A stretch of 64,000 nt of DNA from a virus (Duplodnaviria; Caudoviricetes): positions 64,001 through 128,000 of IMG/VR virus record IMGVR_UViG_3300032295_003840; one strand, given 5' to 3'. Below are positions 45,976 to 54,660 of the stretch, in pieces (position 1 is the first letter of the stretch; the number at the start of each line of letters is the position of its first letter). Position numbers and translations under genes: made by a program. The notes under the pieces were generated by a model. That model was given only the letters and a program-made list of their open reading frames with translations, was not told the DNA's origin and did no database searches.

Positions 45976-48900
45976 TTAACTGGTGCCTATGACACTGATA
46001 TTTAAAAAGTCTGATGCCAGACTCTGCCAACTACCAGTCAGTCCTGTGCCTATGTCAATGCTGATGCTGGTGGACTGACTGCTGCTGATCAGCAGGGTAA
46101 ATCTGCTGAAGGTTCCAGACCGTTTGACGTTGTAGGGAACCCAGATCCAGCTGGCAGTGCTGGTGACATCACCATGTGATACTGTGTTGCTGCTGATGCT
46201 GTTGCTGCTGTTCAGATATACTGATCCACGATATAGCTGGGTTCGGCCCTGTGCAATGTCCTTGTGATTTCTTTGTACTTCATCGTCGAATCCAACTACA
46301 AAGGTTCCTGTCGACGAAACTGCAATGGTCAGCTGGTTCAGAACTTCGTCGGCGCTGTCGGCCAGATCCTTGGTCCAGGTTACCAGCAGCAGTACACTGC
46401 TGCCCGCTGCGACGCTGATGCTGGTGCTGAGCAGCGTGGTGCTGGTGCCCAGCGTCAGATTCGATGTAGTGTGATACAGTTCTCTGATCTGAGTATAATC
46501 TACATTGGCATCCTGTACTATCAGGCTTTCATCGTTGCTGATGGTGGCACCGGCCTTGTCAAAGCTGGCTCCACCAGGACGTCCCAGTGCTCGTGGTGGC
46601 TCGAATCCTCGAATTCTGCGGAAACTTGTTGCTGTGGAACTCAGCAGAGCTGCTCGTATGGCCAGGCTGCTGACTATCAGGGTATTGTTATCAACAATGC
46701 TGATTACACGCAGCAGTTGCCCGCTGACATCCAGATAGCCAGTGCGTCGATCACTGAAATCAAATTCTGTGACTTCTTCGAAGACCTTTGTGGCTTCGCT
46801 AACCGTAACCGAGGTTGCAATGAACTGCGTGCCAGTTCCTACTATGGTGAGCTGACTGCAGTTGGCTGGGAATATACAGGCCATGGGAACATTGAAGAAA
46901 TTGCCAGTAATTGCCGAACCAGTCACCAGTATAGATGAATCACTGAAAATACGCAGCACAGTAAAACTGCTGGTCTCTACAATCTCGTTATTTTCATCCA
47001 ATGTATCCAATACAACGGTAAGATCGTCTAGTCGAGTGCCATAGCCATTGCCCTGATCGTCTGTGCCTGGCAACCCATCGGTGGCCCAGCGTGTATTCAA
47101 TGATGTGTTGACAATGTTGTCGTCTGCACCATAGATCAGATAACCAGTCTGGCCGTCAATGGTAGTAGTGCGCGGTGTGGCAAATGTGGCTGTCTTGCCA
47201 GTAATGTTGGCATAGATGCCGCCTCCGCTGACCTGAACGTCGTTGTCGTTGTTTACAGACACAATGGTGAATCTGCGATCTGCCTGCAGACCAGCTACAG
47301 TGGTGGATATTGTAATTGGTGCATTGAATCGGCTAGCACCAACAACGTTGCGCAACACCAGGCTGGTGTCACTCGGCACAGATTCAATGGCAAGTGCGCG
47401 TCGAGATACTCCAGAGCCAGCTCCGCCGCCCCAGACACGATTGCTGGTGCTGCTCCAGGCCGCAGTGACAGTCAGGGTAGTCTGATTAATCACACTATTA
47501 ACGGTTCTTGTCTCGACAAAATTTAATTGAACATTGCTCAATGATACATCATACAGACCATAGCTGGTGGTGCCACCAGTGCTATAGCTGTTGATGCTGG
47601 CCTGATAGGGCACCGATGTAACCGTACCCACGGGTCTGAGAACCAAATACTGATCTCCAAATATTGTTCGACGTCGTGGATCTTCGTCCACGTAGTAGTC
47701 TTCCAGCACCGTGGCTCCGGCCTGAGTACTGCGCACTGGCACTCGCACAACACTGCCGCTGGACAAAACGTTGCGATTATTGGACCGGGTTTCCGTGGGT
47801 ATTGCTACAACGTTTATAAAGTTAATCAGATACTCACTGAGTCGCTGAGCTGCATTGCTGGTCTGAGTAGTAAAACTTTTTTGCCAGATCAACCAGGTCA
47901 CCGATGTATTTTCTGTAGTTGTTATGTTTGCCGTGATTTCAAATGCATTGCCATAGTTACTGGTCATGCCATGCGGAAACGTTGCATTGGTTGGGGTCAC
48001 CAATGCGCCCCAGCGAGTCCAGCCCAGTGCACTGGGAGTCTGACCTGCAGTAGGTGGCTGAGGATTGGGATTGGTGCTGTACCAGGCTTCCAAGTCCTGG
48101 CCAGTAAACACTGGTGCCAGCTCATTGTTGTAGTAACTGCTTGTGCCAACACCGCTGGATCCAGCGAATCCGCTTACATTCAGCCTATGTGTTCTGCCAT
48201 ACACTGGCACGGTCTGTAAAAATCTGCTGTGCACCGTGGCACTGCTGCCATAGCTGAACAGAATGCCAAATGCGGTTGTTCGATTATCATAATTGCCGAA
48301 CCAACCGCTGCTAATAGTACCATAACGAGTACTGGTTTTTCTTATGTCCAGTGTTGGATTGGGGTTGCGATTCAAACTGGTAGCATTGTAACCATCCTGA
48401 GGATAGCGAGCAATCACGCCAGTGCTGGTGCCAATAAGGTTGGTATCAAAGACAACATAGCTAAGAAAGAATGTATTATCAATAACAAGTCTGGCGTTAT
48501 TGCCAATGTTGTAGTAAAACGCTCTTGCTGTGTATGATGTGGTCGGATTGAAAATATCTCCTTGGATGGCGTTCCAGGAACGCAGCAGTAGTCTGGAGTT
48601 ACTGGTACCAGGTATGCTGGTGGTTATCGCCACACTGCTTGGAATTCTAGAAAAATTTACACGCAGGGTAGATGAGTCGTTGAACGCAATCCGCCCATCG
48701 GAAAAAATCAGTGTAGCCAGACCCGTGCGGGTTGATATACCGCTAACATCCGGAGGATAGAATTCAGACCATTCCAGGCTAGTAGCCCAAACTGGGTTGC
48801 TGGTATTGTAGGTACCAGTAGCATAGTTATATCTGGCATACGCCGCGCCTGGATTGCCATTGTCTGTGGATACATCACCACCTCTGAATATAACAGGACT

Positions 48901-51900
48901 GGCACTGTTTTCAGGAAAGCTTACTTCCCATTTTTGATTTGATGGTTGAGTAATATAAGCCTGTGTAAAAAATGGATATACACGTAGTTCGGGGTTAGAA
49001 AAATTAGCTGTAACTAGTCCTGCAGTCACAGGAACATAGTAACCAGAATTCTGATCATAGACGTTGGGTGGAATATTATAAGTAGTATTATAACTGCGGG
49101 TATAGCTTACTCCGTCTTGATTTTCAGAAGACACAAGTAAACCAAAATAATTGCCGTAGGTGAGCCGTTCATAGGAAAACCCATAGACGTTATAGAATGT
49201 CGCTGGATTCTGAGCAGGATGACCAAAATGTACGGTTATACTGCTCAGATCTGACTCTTTGAATTCCAGTTCAAAGATATACTTTGAATTGCCTGCAGTA
49301 ACAGTGCTGGTCTGCCAGTCGCCTTCGAATCTTACAATGTGACTTCGATTGGGTGCAGTACCCACGGTGGCCGAGTATATACGCTGCACCGAAGTTACAT
49401 CGTTGTATTCTTGAGTGGAATAATTATAATCGAAAAACCCTGGATATAAATAGCCAGGATCATAGAGGCCTAAACCCTCCTGACCGGCAAAACTGGTAAG
49501 TCCATCGGTATCACGTGGCGTATTGAATACTATATATGCACGATTTGAGACATGAATCGATGTAACTACTGTCCTACCAACCCAGATAGTCCAGGGTAAA
49601 GTCACACTAAAATAACCATTGATCAGTGTTCCACTGGTGGGTGTGGTCAGTGCAGTGCCCAGTGCAGCAGCGCCTCGAATAGTCTGGGTAGTCTGAGCAA
49701 CAAAACCAAAAGCAATTGTTGCCCCCGTACCGGCTCGACCCTTGCGTCCATTGTAGTGTATGGTGTAGTAACGGTTGGGCGCAGTACCAGAAACTCCATG
49801 ATGCACAGAATCCAGTCTGTTTTCCACCGATGGAAAAACGCCTATGAAGGGTCCAGTATGGAAAGGCCTAAAAACTCCGAGGAAACTCGATGGAACGCTG
49901 GTGTCGCTGGCTACGAATCCACTGGCATGAACATAGAGCTTGGTGGTCGATGTATTCAGTATCTGCACAGGAAACGGCAAGGGTATGTCGTAGCGTGTGC
50001 TGCGATCAGTTCCAAATGCAGTGGTACTGATGGCCGAATAGTTGCTGGTGGTCAGCGTAAAGGACAGCGTTGTTCCCGAAATTGTAGTGCCCAGAGATAG
50101 ACTGGTCTGAAATTCCCAGCTTTCCAGAACTGCTGGTATGCTGGTAACCTGTGACCAACGACCAAACAAGGGCTTGGTAACTGTCAAACTAGCAGAAACG
50201 GGATAGATTTCACTGAGTAAAAAACTGTTGATGCCAACAACACTGGTGCTGCCCGAGGTAAAGGTAAGATCGCCAGCAAGTGCCAGATTGTCCAGATAGA
50301 TTCGGGGCTCGGGTTGACCGTCTTCAATGGCAGGTATCGTGGTTTCAGCTGTAATGCCAGCGCTGGTGTTGACATTGGTAATCAGCAGATCTCGGCGAAA
50401 ACGTGTATTGACTCCGCTTACATAGATAAAGTAGTCTGGGGCAACAGGAGTCTGTGCAGCTATGGTCACAGTTCCTGTCACAGGAAGTTCTTGTATGGTC
50501 AGCACCGCAGGATAGAAATTATATTCTGCAGTCTGTGCAATATTGCGTCCAGAAAATCTCCACCAGGTCTGTAGACTCGAAGGTATCAGTTCCGAAGAAA
50601 ACTGCGTGCCTGTACCAGTAAAGGTAATTTCATCGCCGCCGGCCTGCTGCACTGCATTGATGGTGCCAGTGATGCTGGTCACGGGTGCGCTATAACGAAC
50701 AAAATCGCGATAGAACAATCCAACGCCTGGTATGCTGTATCTCAAAGTCTGTCCTGTGGTCACAGGCACATCAACAGTTCCAGTGATGCTGGTAAAGGCA
50801 AATGATTCCTGAAAGACTGTGGCGCCGTCAATGGCACCCTGCAGAGCAAAGGTAACATTTTCGCCGCCATAGCTAAAGGCTGGATCAAAAACCACAGCAC
50901 CGGCCGATGTAGTGGCGCTGGTACCGGTTCTGAAATTGGCCAGACGGTCCCAGGTAACACCAGGCACCAGATAAAAACTATTGGACGAAGTAAATAGTCG
51001 TACCTCGCTGACGATCTGATTGGACTGCGAAAACTGTGTAGTAGAACTCACAGCCATGCTGGTTGAATTGTCCAGCAAAATTTCACCAAAAAGATTTCTG
51101 CCCGTGGGGTGTAGTTGTTCCAGCACGGCATCCTGCCAGCGACTCAGATCGGTGCGCGTACGTATCACATAGCTAAACTTTTGCCAGTAGATGCTGTCCT
51201 GTATGACCTGATCTGAACTCAGCAGACTGGCACTGCCACGCTGACGACCCGGCAGTGTTTCTAACTCGTTGGTGTTAAGTACTGTTATAGTGCTGCTGAC
51301 ATTGTTGGCATGATCATAGTATACGCCAGTAATGGTTTCTGAACTGTTAAAGGTTCCGATCAGACTTCGATTCTGCAGACGCAGATCCCAGGCGCCATAG
51401 GTGTTGACAACTTCTTCGACAATGGCCGTGGCATTGCTGCTGTTGCCTGTGATTTCAACTGCAGTCAATTGTCTGGGGTTGCCAGTGACGGCATTGACAC
51501 GCAGTTTCTTTTCAACATACCAGTCAGCATCGGACGGTCTAAAAAGCTGCTCGCCTGGTAATTTTATGGTGATTTCATCGTCAAAGAATGCGCGGAAGAA
51601 GAATTTAAAACTTTCTTCGCTGCCTCGACTACGATAAAAATCGCGAAAATGTTTGACCAATATGGTGCGATCCAGTGCCGAGGTCTGTGGCAGATTGGGA
51701 GCATAGATTGACATAAACTTCGTGGCCAGACTGCTGGCCGTGGTGTCGATGTCAACGTTGAGTTGAACATTTTGAATTATGCTCTGCGGATTGCCTTCTT
51801 GTTCCAGCCACTCAAAATATTTGGTGACGAACACAACAAACAACGGATAAAATTCCTGAACATAGTCAGGAATCTGCGCTGGCAGCAGATCAGAAACTTT

Positions 51901-51915
51901 TTTATCTAGGCTCAT
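45976..51915 (-). CDS. gp7: Baseplate wedge initiator (gp7-like) with very large multi-domain insertion
   Basis: N-terminal QIP.YV...YP.F..F...YFEWLE, FY.SRGS..S..FFFR and IQDS.YWQ.FSYVI...HP.G..FGE motifs; between gp6 and gp8. Confidence 0.8.
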   Translation of the reverse strand: MSLDKKVSDLLPAQIPDYVQEFYPLFVVFVTKYFEWLEQEGNPQSIIQNVQLNVDIDTTASSLATKFMSIYAPNLPQTSALDRTILVKHFRDFYRSRGSEESFKFFFRAFFDDEITIKLPGEQLFRPSDADWYVEKKLRVNAVTGNPRQLTAVEITGNSSNATAIVEEVVNTYGAWDLRLQNRSLIGTFNSSETITGVYYDHANNVSSTITVLNTNELETLPGRQRGSASLLSSDQVIQDSIYWQKFSYVIRTRTDLSRWQDAVLEQLHPTGRNLFGEILLDNSTSMAVSSTTQFSQSNQIVSEVRLFTSSNSFYLVPGVTWDRLANFRTGTSATTSAGAVVFDPAFSYGGENVTFALQGAIDGATVFQESFAFTSITGTVDVPVTTGQTLRYSIPGVGLFYRDFVRYSAPVTSITGTINAVQQAGGDEITFTGTGTQFSSELIPSSLQTWWRFSGRNIAQTAEYNFYPAVLTIQELPVTGTVTIAAQTPVAPDYFIYVSGVNTRFRRDLLITNVNTSAGITAETTIPAIEDGQPEPRIYLDNLALAGDLTFTSGSTSVVGINSFLLSEIYPVSASLTVTKPLFGRWSQVTSIPAVLESWEFQTSLSLGTTISGTTLSFTLTTSNYSAISTTAFGTDRSTRYDIPLPFPVQILNTSTTKLYVHASGFVASDTSVPSSFLGVFRPFHTGPFIGVFPSVENRLDSVHHGVSGTAPNRYYTIHYNGRKGRAGTGATIAFGFVAQTTQTIRGAAALGTALTTPTSGTLINGYFSVTLPWTIWVGRTVVTSIHVSNRAYIVFNTPRDTDGLTSFAGQEGLGLYDPGYLYPGFFDYNYSTQEYNDVTSVQRIYSATVGTAPNRSHIVRFEGDWQTSTVTAGNSKYIFELEFKESDLSSITVHFGHPAQNPATFYNVYGFSYERLTYGNYFGLLVSSENQDGVSYTRSYNTTYNIPPNVYDQNSGYYVPVTAGLVTANFSNPELRVYPFFTQAYITQPSNQKWEVSFPENSASPVIFRGGDVSTDNGNPGAAYARYNYATGTYNTSNPVWATSLEWSEFYPPDVSGISTRTGLATLIFSDGRIAFNDSSTLRVNFSRIPSSVAITTSIPGTSNSRLLLRSWNAIQGDIFNPTTSYTARAFYYNIGNNARLVIDNTFFLSYVVFDTNLIGTSTGVIARYPQDGYNATSLNRNPNPTLDIRKTSTRYGTISSGWFGNYDNRTTAFGILFSYGSSATVHSRFLQTVPVYGRTHRLNVSGFAGSSGVGTSSYYNNELAPVFTGQDLEAWYSTNPNPQPPTAGQTPSALGWTRWGALVTPTNATFPHGMTSNYGNAFEITANITTTENTSVTWLIWQKSFTTQTSNAAQRLSEYLINFINVVAIPTETRSNNRNVLSSGSVVRVPVRSTQAGATVLEDYYVDEDPRRRTIFGDQYLVLRPVGTVTSVPYQASINSYSTGGTTSYGLYDVSLSNVQLNFVETRTVNSVINQTTLTVTAAWSSTSNRVWGGGAGSGVSRRALAIESVPSDTSLVLRNVVGASRFNAPITISTTVAGLQADRRFTIVSVNNDNDVQVSGGGIYANITGKTATFATPRTTTIDGQTGYLIYGADDNIVNTSLNTRWATDGLPGTDDQGNGYGTRLDDLTVVLDTLDENNEIVETSSFTVLRIFSDSSILVTGSAITGNFFNVPMACIFPANCSQLTIVGTGTQFIATSVTVSEATKVFEEVTEFDFSDRRTGYLDVSGQLLRVISIVDNNTLIVSSLAIRAALLSSTATSFRRIRGFEPPRALGRPGGASFDKAGATISNDESLIVQDANVDYTQIRELYHTTSNLTLGTSTTLLSTSISVAAGSSVLLLVTWTKDLADSADEVLNQLTIAVSSTGTFVVGFDDEVQRNHKDIAQGRTQLYRGSVYLNSSNSISSNTVSHGDVTSTASWIWVPYNVKRSGTFSRFTLLISSSQSTSISIDIGTGLTGSWQSLASDFLNISVIGTS

Positions 51916-53759
51916 GTATTAGTTCCTATGGTATTGATTCTAATACCATTATCCAAGGCAGCCACTGAATCATTGGTTGAATCGTCCAGCAGCAAAATTT
52001 CATTGTAGGTAGGACGAATGTCATCGTCGGTTTCTTGTTGCTCAATATTTATTCTCACGCTGGAGACTTGTCCAACATAGCCCACTATCTGCAGGGTATT
52101 GATGTTCATGGCACCCGTGGCATAGTTAACTGTGCCAATGTTTTGTTCTATCACAGCACCGTTGGACATGTCAATCAATTGCAGAACTCCAGTGCCCAGA
52201 GGATTGGGCGGCATCTCATTGGGCTGATCATGAATTTCCACGGTATAAGACACGGCTTCTTTGGTGGTTACAAATCTGGTGCTGCGTACTGTTCCTGGAT
52301 TGATCCTCACAGGAAACAGCACTGGCCCAGTAAATACGTCGGTGCCAATGTTGGGCGTGATGCGTTTCTGCAGACGTTTAATGATGTTGATGCTGAGCAG
52401 ACTATCGTCAACATCCATGAGCTGTTCATGCAGCTGTGATTCATAGTAGACCTGATTAAAACGTCGCAGATTGGCTTCAATAAAACTATTAATCTTGTTG
52501 TTGATCAACACGCTGATCTGCTGAGCACTGCGATTGGTTCGGGCTGTGCTGTAGCGTGCAGTAATTAAAAATCCAATGTAGGTATAGCTGGGATCAACAA
52601 AAGCATGTCGCATGGTAACCAGACTATGCGGCTGCAGTATGTCTCGAATAATTCTGTTCTTTTCGTCGGTGGTCAGTACATAGCCAGTTTTAGGTGCAAT
52701 GCTGATGTAGACGATACCATATTCTGGCGGACTGTTGCGCTCGCCGCCCCAGACATTGACACTGCGTGCCGCTGGCAGTTCTCTGAGTATCAGATTGGCA
52801 TAGTCTTGTTCTGTCACAGCACGATTCTGTGATGTATAGGAACTCAGTGCATTGAATCGTATGTCGTCGATGCTTTCTCGATCCAGTCCACCCACGGGTT
52901 TGCTGACAGTGGCAACGCTGCGATCGCCTGAACTTTCTCCGCCTATGGTCGACGTGTTCCAACTCAACGACAGATTACCAGGAACGTTGCCCACTGCACC
53001 GTCGCTGACCAGATAAGAAATTTTAACAACGTCGCTGGCGCTGAGATTTTTACCAATGACATCATCACCAAAATAAATCTGATAGAATCCTTCGGTATTT
53101 TCTTCCAGGAAGAATACATTGGTGGTTGCAGTAATGTTGACAATGTTGTCAGCCGCAGTAAATGTCTGACTGAAACTGCTGGTGCCAGAGTATTGCACAG
53201 CAACCTGTATGCTGCGGGTGTCTACATTCTGATTGGGGATCACATACTTGTTGGCCGGAGAGCTGGTGGCACCCACGGTGTAGTAATACTCCAAAGCTCG
53301 ACCCTGATATAATTTTACATTCTCAAAGGTATAGACACCGTCCACTGGTGTAGCCACATAGGATTCTATGGTATAAAAGGGCAGGGTAACAGAGTCAACC
53401 ACTGTGTTGAATAGTTTGTATCGATCCAAGGTTACAAACGACGGCGTATTGGGTACATTTTGCAGTGTAATATTCACCAAGGCTTCGGCACTGCGTGCAG
53501 ATCTGGGTGTGTAGCTTAGCTGTTTGGCCAGGCTTACAACACTGGCACGTTTCAAGGCTGTATCAATGAATATCTCGTTGCCCACCATGTTGGCCAACAC
53601 AGCATTGTAGTGCGTGTTGTAGGCCAGCAGATCTACCAGAACGCTGAGGTTACTGGCATCAAAATCATAGTCAGTAAAGGCGCTCTGAGATCTCAGATAA
53701 TCTTTTAGATTCTCCTTGATGGTATCAAAATCTAGTTCGGTTACTCTGATGTTGGCCAT
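51912..53759 (-). CDS. gp6: Baseplate wedge subunit
   Basis: LDFD.IK.NL..YL, FTDYDF, LAYNTHY, Y.I.FGD..IG, Q.RAVT..DY and WGGE...PP.YG motifs. Confidence 0.97.
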   Translation of the reverse strand: MANIRVTELDFDTIKENLKDYLRSQSAFTDYDFDASNLSVLVDLLAYNTHYNAVLANMVGNEIFIDTALKRASVVSLAKQLSYTPRSARSAEALVNITLQNVPNTPSFVTLDRYKLFNTVVDSVTLPFYTIESYVATPVDGVYTFENVKLYQGRALEYYYTVGATSSPANKYVIPNQNVDTRSIQVAVQYSGTSSFSQTFTAADNIVNITATTNVFFLEENTEGFYQIYFGDDVIGKNLSASDVVKISYLVSDGAVGNVPGNLSLSWNTSTIGGESSGDRSVATVSKPVGGLDRESIDDIRFNALSSYTSQNRAVTEQDYANLILRELPAARSVNVWGGERNSPPEYGIVYISIAPKTGYVLTTDEKNRIIRDILQPHSLVTMRHAFVDPSYTYIGFLITARYSTARTNRSAQQISVLINNKINSFIEANLRRFNQVYYESQLHEQLMDVDDSLLSINIIKRLQKRITPNIGTDVFTGPVLFPVRINPGTVRSTRFVTTKEAVSYTVEIHDQPNEMPPNPLGTGVLQLIDMSNGAVIEQNIGTVNYATGAMNINTLQIVGYVGQVSSVRINIEQQETDDDIRPTYNEILLLDDSTNDSVAALDNGIRINTIGTNT

Positions 53760-54148
53760 TATCGTACTCTGGTAAATGAGGTTGTAAACACACCGGGCTC
53801 ATTGGTGTTGCGTATGCGATATTCTATCTGCACAAACATTTCATTGGCATCGGTGGCAGTAACTTGAACAAAGGTCAGTTCCACGCGTGGTTCAAATTTG
53901 GTTATGGCATCGCGTATAGCTCGTTCAGCTATGGTAAGACTTAGCGCATCGTTGGGCTCAAACAACAAATTGTGAATCTGACATCCTAACTCTGGGGCAA
54001 AGGGTCGCTCATAGTGTCGGGTATGTATTAGATTGCGCAAGGCTCCGCGTATGGCATTGTCGTCACTCTTGGTGGCGACGTCACGTGTACGTGGAGTCAG
54101 CGAAAACGCTGCATCTAGGTCGGTATAGCTTCGGGATTTTCTGGCCAT
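53759..54148 (-). CDS. gp25: Baseplate wedge subunit
   Basis: Y.DLD, AI...L.NL..T..YERPF.P.LG and FEPRV motifs. Confidence 0.96.
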   Translation of the reverse strand: MARKSRSYTDLDAAFSLTPRTRDVATKSDDNAIRGALRNLIHTRHYERPFAPELGCQIHNLLFEPNDALSLTIAERAIRDAITKFEPRVELTFVQVTATDANEMFVQIEYRIRNTNEPGVFTTSFTRVR

Positions 54149-54153
54149 TTTAT

Positions 54154-54161
54154 TATTTATC
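54154..54161 (-). promoter_or_regulatory. Late promoter predicted to start transcription at the gp25 ATG
   Basis: GATAAATA-ATAAA-ATG. Confidence 0.7.
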
Positions 54162-54447
54162 CTCCGCAGAACACATTGGTTGAACCTTCTGCCACGGCAG
54201 TGCAGGCTGTTATGGCATCGCCTACTCGACCTGCGCCCTTGCCATTGACCCGCACAGTACTGGATCCTGCAGTTATGGGTGCAGCATGACCAGGGCAGGG
54301 CGACCCAGGCAACAGATGTGCTGTATTGTTGTCACCCTGACGACTCCAGGGTCTGCCATTGACACGCACATTGGGCGAGCCCTGAGCTCTAGTCATTCCC
54401 GAACAATGTGCAATGTCGGCATCGCCAACTCGGGTTGCAGCAGGCAT
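54157..54447 (-). CDS. PAAR spike-tip protein (gp5.4-like)
   Basis: MPAATRVGD, GS..V.VNG, H...C..H, RVGD and GS.NVF.G motifs. Confidence 0.95.
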   Translation of the reverse strand: MPAATRVGDADIAHCSGMTRAQGSPNVRVNGRPWSRQGDNNTAHLLPGSPCPGHAAPITAGSSTVRVNGKGAGRVGDAITACTAVAEGSTNVFCGG

Positions 54448-54456
54448 GTGTTCTCC

Positions 54457-54660
54457 TTATTGGCCGCGCTCTCGGCGCATGAGTTCTTGAAATCGTGGAT
54501 ACCACTTTTCAATCTCTTCATGCTGTGCTTCGGTGTGCGGCGGATCGGGTATGTTGGGATTAAATTTAATCACATGATCAATTTTTTGTGGGATGTCTTC
54601 CCAACGGTTAACGGTCATTATTTTACCATTAACCATTACTGTGAATTCTGATTTTTTCAT
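54457..54660 (-). CDS. Conserved small hypothetical protein between gp5 and PAAR
   Basis: DIP..IDHVIKF.P.IP.PPHT..QH.EI..W pattern; ATG at 54660 overlaps the gp5 stop (ATGA). Confidence 0.7.
   Translation of the reverse strand: MKKSEFTVMVNGKIMTVNRWEDIPQKIDHVIKFNPNIPDPPHTEAQHEEIEKWYPRFQELMRRERGQ

Noticed and set aside
33020-49745. Shared basic loops (SGKGS, NGKGKGS, NGRKGR) in three giant proteins
   Set aside because: Too short and low-complexity to distinguish from chance without alignments.
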